DNA of 64,000 nt from Emiliania huxleyi CCMP1516. Lineage: Eukaryota. The position numbers and the translations under genes were made by a program. The stretch lies in contig NW_005201403.1 in assembly GCF_000372725.1 (NCBI RefSeq), positions 325,246 through 389,245 of the forward strand. Direction: 5' to 3'. Numbering within the stretch: the stretch's first letter is position 1; each line of letters opens with the position of its first letter. Below the pieces are notes generated by a model. That model had not been told where the DNA came from. It worked only from the letters and a program-made list of their open reading frames with translations, and made no database searches. Of the stretch, positions 59,760-64,000 are shown piece by piece.

Positions 59760-62446
59760 ATGCCGCAGCACACCCTCTTCATCGCCGGCCCACGCCGCGC
59801 GCCCGCGGTGAGCGAGGCTGTCCGCGGATTGGCCGGCGCGCGCTCGGCAGACGACTGGCGCGTCGCCTTTGCGTGCGGCGAGGCCAGCGCTGCAGCGTGG
59901 CAGCCGGCGAGCGAGTGGCCGGCCGAGGCTGCGTCGTCGGCGGGGGTGGATGCGCGGGGTATGATCGCGAGGATCGCGCGCCTCCTCCAGCTCGTCCCCG
60001 CCGGCTCCTCGCTCGTGGTGAGGTGGGCCTTCGAGGGCGACGCGCCGACCGACGAGGCGCTCGGGTTGGGCGTGCACGCGGCGGTCAGCTTCTCCGAGGG
60101 CCTGGGCATCAAGGACTGCCGCACGCTGGTAGTCGAGTGGCTCGACGACGGCCGCGCCGCGGACTCGGCCGCGCTCGACGTGTGGGCCGACGTGCTGCGC
60201 GCGCGGAGGGTGGCAGTCGCTGCAGACGCACCCGAAGAGGAGGCGCCGGCGCAGTGTCACGCACCCGGCCGCCGCCCGCGTCGCACGGTCTCTGACGCGG
60301 CTCCCGCTCCCCCCTCTCCTCCTCGCCGCAGGCCGCCCGGCTGATCTCGGGCGCGCCTCCGGACGGCTCCGCCCTGGGCGAGGGTTGCGTAGAGGCGCCA
60401 GGGCGAGGGCCAGGGAGAGGGTCGCGCAGAGGCGGAGGAGGCGCGGCCGCGCAGAGCCCGGTCGCGCCGCGGGCTGGTTCGGTTGCCGCCGCCGCCGCTT
60501 CAACGAGCAGCTCGTCCGGCGCACCAGGGCAGGCGCCAGGGCAGGCATCAGGGCTCGCCCTCGCTGCCGGTAGCGAGGGCGGCTTGCAGCACGGCGGAGG
60601 GAGCAGCGACGGGCGAGGGGCAAGCCCTCGCTCCCGGCTGCGCCGCGCCGGCAGCAAGGAGCGGCCGCAGGAGCGGCAGGCGGCGGCGGGCGCCTCGCAG
60701 CCGCAAGCCGCCGCCGCCGCCGCCGCCGCCGCGCCCGCGCCGGGCGGGCGCACGGGCGCGGGGCCGTGCTTGCAGCGGGGGCAGAGCCTGGTCCGCGGCC
60801 AGAGCCTCGTGCAGGGCTGCGGCGGGACGAGGGGCGAGGCATGCCCAGGACACGTCCAGGACACGTCCGAGACACGCCCCTTCGGCGGCGGCGGGACGAG
60901 GGGCCAGGCGGCGGCGCGGAGAGGCGGGGAAGGGGGAGGGGTGGGTTGGATCAAATTCCAATACTTGTTTCTGGTAGGCCTTCTATTTTTCTATTTTTTT
61001 ATTCTAATCTCTCTTTTCTACTCCTTTTCGTAGCNNNNNNNNNNNNNNNNNNNNNNNNNNNNNNNNNNNNNNNNNNNNNNNNNNNNNNNNNNNNNNNNNN
61101 NNNNNNNNNNNNNNNNNNNNNNNNNNNNNNNNNNGGCGCTCTCGGAGGCACAGTCGTCGCCGCAGTAGGACTGGTAGTTGTAGTGGCTGTACGAGCTGGT
61201 GCTCGCCCCCCCCTTGGATACGAGCAGATCAGTCCGTGGTCGCTGGCCCTGTGAGACAGGTGGGTCGAGGAGGGGGTCGAGGAGGCGGGGGGGAGGCGAG
61301 GCCAGCGGCGAGTCGGCGCGGCGCGGTTGTCTCGCGCGAGAGGCTGGCGGGGCTGCTGCGCGACGCGGTGGAGGAGGAGGCGCGGCGGAGCGGGCAGGCG
61401 GGCGGCGTGGACGGCGCGGACGGCGGCGGCGGGGCTGGCGCCGCGGCAGCGGGCGGGTGGGCGACGCTGCCCCCGCCGCAAGACGTGCCGCGTGTGGGCG
61501 GTGCGCATGTGGCGTACGAGAACGAGGCCCAGGCAAAGGCGGTGGAGGCGCGGCTCCTCGTCGTCCTGCTCGCACCTCCCTCCCTCTCCTCTCCTCTCCT
61601 CCCTCTCCTCTCCTCTCCTCCCCCTCCCCCTCCTCGTCTCGCCAAACAGCGAGCGAGCGCAGCTTCTCGGCACTTTCCCGGCAGTTTCCCGGCACCTTCG
61701 CGGCACCTTTGCGGCACCTTCGACCGCAGGCGCGACTCAAGGCGCACACCCTCAAGCCAAAGGCTGAGCACGGCTCCATCCTCGCCCTGCTGCTGCCGGC
61801 GCTGTCCAGGACACGTCCATGACATGCCCGAGACTTGTCCACAGGCTCCATCCTCGCCCTGCTGCTGCCGGCGCTGCCGTGCGCACGCGCCGGAGGGATG
61901 CCGCCCGAGCAAATCAGCCTGCAGCAGCCGCGCCGGACCGAGGCGCCGCCCGAGCAAGCGCCGCTTGGGCGGGGCGGTGCAAGCAGCAGCACGGGCGGTG
62001 CAAGCAGCAGCACGGGCGGTGCAAGCAGCAGCACGTGCGGCGCAGGCAGCGGCGTCGGCGCGGGCAGCGGCAGCGGCGTCAGCGCGGGCAGCGGCAGCGG
62101 CGTCGGCGGGTCATCGCCGCGCAACGACAGCTCCGAGCCGTCGGCAGCCCAGCCGGCCGTCCACGCCGACTTCGCCACGCACACCCTCGGCTTGGCGAGG
62201 AGGCTGGTGGCGGAGAAGGTGTGCGGCGGTCCCGCCGGAAGCGAGGAGCAGGGCGAGGCGGCGAGGTTGGCCGCCAGGCTGCAGAGCGCGCTTCACGCTC
62301 GCATGCGGCAGCGGCACACGCTGGGGGGGCAACGCCCGCCGCTTCGGAGCGCATACGATGCGGCCGAGGAGAGCCTCGCTGCCGTGTTTCGCGACGTGGT
62401 GCGAAAGGGGCTCGCAGCGCTCGAGTCGGAGCAGCACGCCCCGTGA
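59760..62446 (+). CDS. Hypothetical multi-exon protein(s) spanning a gap
   Basis: Coding-like exons (MPQHTLFIAG...; ...RKGLAALESEQHAP*) and short GC-AG introns. No domain recognised, and linkage across the gap is unproven. Confidence 0.45.
61035..61134. other. Assembly gap
   Basis: Run of N. Confidence 1.
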
Positions 62447-62824
62447 GCCTTGGAGTGTGGAGATATCACTTTTGAGTATTGAGAGAGTAGAGTGGGTCTC
62501 GTACTCTCGTCCAAACATAATATTAATATATAACAAAAGGTGATCGGCGTGTGTGTCAAGACGGGGCCCACCAATATCGCAGCGAACCGGAACGAGACAC
62601 ATCGGCGAGAGTTTCGGACTCGGGACTGCAGCGCGTGTACATCTTGCGTACTACTCTCACGGAGAGCGGGAGAGGGGAGTGGGCGCGGAGAGAGCAGCAG
62701 TGAGAGAGCTGTGGAGTCGCTGGAGGGAGGTGTCAGGTTAAAGAGAGAGAGCATGGGCAACAGAGCCGGGCTATGGACCTAGGCTTAGTCCTCAGAGCTA
62801 CATGGGGACGGCCGCGCGAGACGG

Positions 62825-64000
62825 TCACTCCTCGGACTTGCCCGCCTGCTGCTCTTTCCACTTCTTGACCATCAGCTCGGTCTTGTCGCGCGGCGCGGGC
62901 ACGTGCGCCTTGTACTCCATAGTGTACTCCCCCTTGCCCTGCGTCACGCCTCGCAGGTCGGACGAGAAGCCAAACATGCTCTCGAGCGGCACGTCCGCGT
63001 CGATTGTGACGAACTCGGCGCCCTCCATGCTGTTGACCGTGCCCTTGCGCTGCGAGACGAGCGCCACCGCGGTGCCCTGGAACTCGGCCGGCACCGCCAC
63101 CTCCGTCGACATGAGCGGCTCCAGCAGCACCGGCTTCGCCGTCGCCATCGCCTGCTTGAAGGCGCCCTGCGCGGAGGGAAAGGAAGGGACGGGACGGGAC
63201 GGGAAAGTGCGGCACACTTCTCCACTCACACGCTGCTAGTGCCAGGGCCGGGCAACCCTCGCGTCTCCACACCTGCGCGGCGGCGCGGAAGGCCAGCTCG
63301 TTCGAGTCGACTGCGTGTGCAAGCCCGTCCTGCAGCACCACCCGCATCCCCATCACCTGCGGGAGGCGCCAGCGACGTGTCGGGGACGTGTCGGGGCCAT
63401 GCGCGCAGGACTACTCGCAGGCCGTGTCACCGGCGAGCCCGTGAGAGTCCCCTTGAGCATCGCCTCGCGGAAGCCCTGTTCGCAGCTGCAGCCGTGAAGA
63501 GACGGTGCGCTGCTTCCTCGCGATTCGGATGGAGGGTGAAGGTGGCGGTGTGGTGCGGTGGCGTGTAGACGAGGGAACGGCAGCTGACAGCGGCGCCTTG
63601 TCGATCGCGGTGACGAACTCGGGCGGGATCATGTTGCCCACGAGCTGGTTGTCGAACTCGTACGCGCCCTGGCCGAGCGCGTCGGAGGAGATCGGCTCCA
63701 GGTAGCCCTCCACCTGCTCTCGGTCAATCTCGGGTCATCTCGGGTAGCCCCGGGTATCTCGACACCGCCTCGGGGTCCATCTGCACCCGCCCAAACTGGC
63801 CCGAGCCGCCGCTCTGCTTCTTGTGCGTGTAGGCAAACTTGGAGCGCGTCGACGCCGTCTCGCGGAAGGCAACCTTCGGGTTGCCCGTCGAGCACTCCAC
63901 CCCGTACTCGCGCTTGAGCCGCTCCACGTAGATCTCGAGGTGGAGCTCGCCCATGCCCGAGATGATGGTCTGGCCCGACTCGTCGTCGGTGTGCACGCGG
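62825..64000 (-). CDS. GFM1: Elongation factor G, mitochondrial type; C-terminal exons only
   Basis: [83 protein letters not shown]. Confidence 0.93.

Noticed and set aside
60950..61034. Abrupt AT-rich tail before the gap (similarly 32930-33078)
   Set aside because: Likely low-quality read ends at contig edges.

Overview
Very GC-rich, intron-containing eukaryotic DNA with 3 assembly gaps. Short GC-AG (and GA-AG) introns full of 10-11 bp satellites, plus TTAGGG repeats, suggest a haptophyte such as Emiliania/Gephyrocapsa huxleyi (inference). Recognisable genes: a SUZ12-like VEFS-box + PHD protein, a degenerate HMG-CoA-lyase-like protein, PP2A B''-gamma (PPP2R3C/TON2-like), an F-box/LRR protein, a GT34-like glycosyltransferase, a 5'-truncated LCAT-like acyltransferase, a cupredoxin + DUF305 protein, JMJD6, a DUF3556-like membrane protein, the urea transporter DUR3, a broken FAD monooxygenase, a Ser/Thr kinase and mitochondrial EF-G. 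Mobile DNA is dense: a hAT transposase with one TIR, a non-autonomous Ngaro-type split-direct-repeat element, a young Copia lacking gag/protease and with CTG..CAG ends, a head-to-tail Helitron array, and a piggyBac-like TIR element with a CTAG target duplication. The most striking window-wide signal is that, in at least eight unrelated genes, introns begin with a copy (exact to decayed, about 10-40 nt) of the start of the next exon, often followed by a satellite filler. This looks like ongoing intron creation by local duplication. All protein calls come from manual motif recognition; no searches were run.
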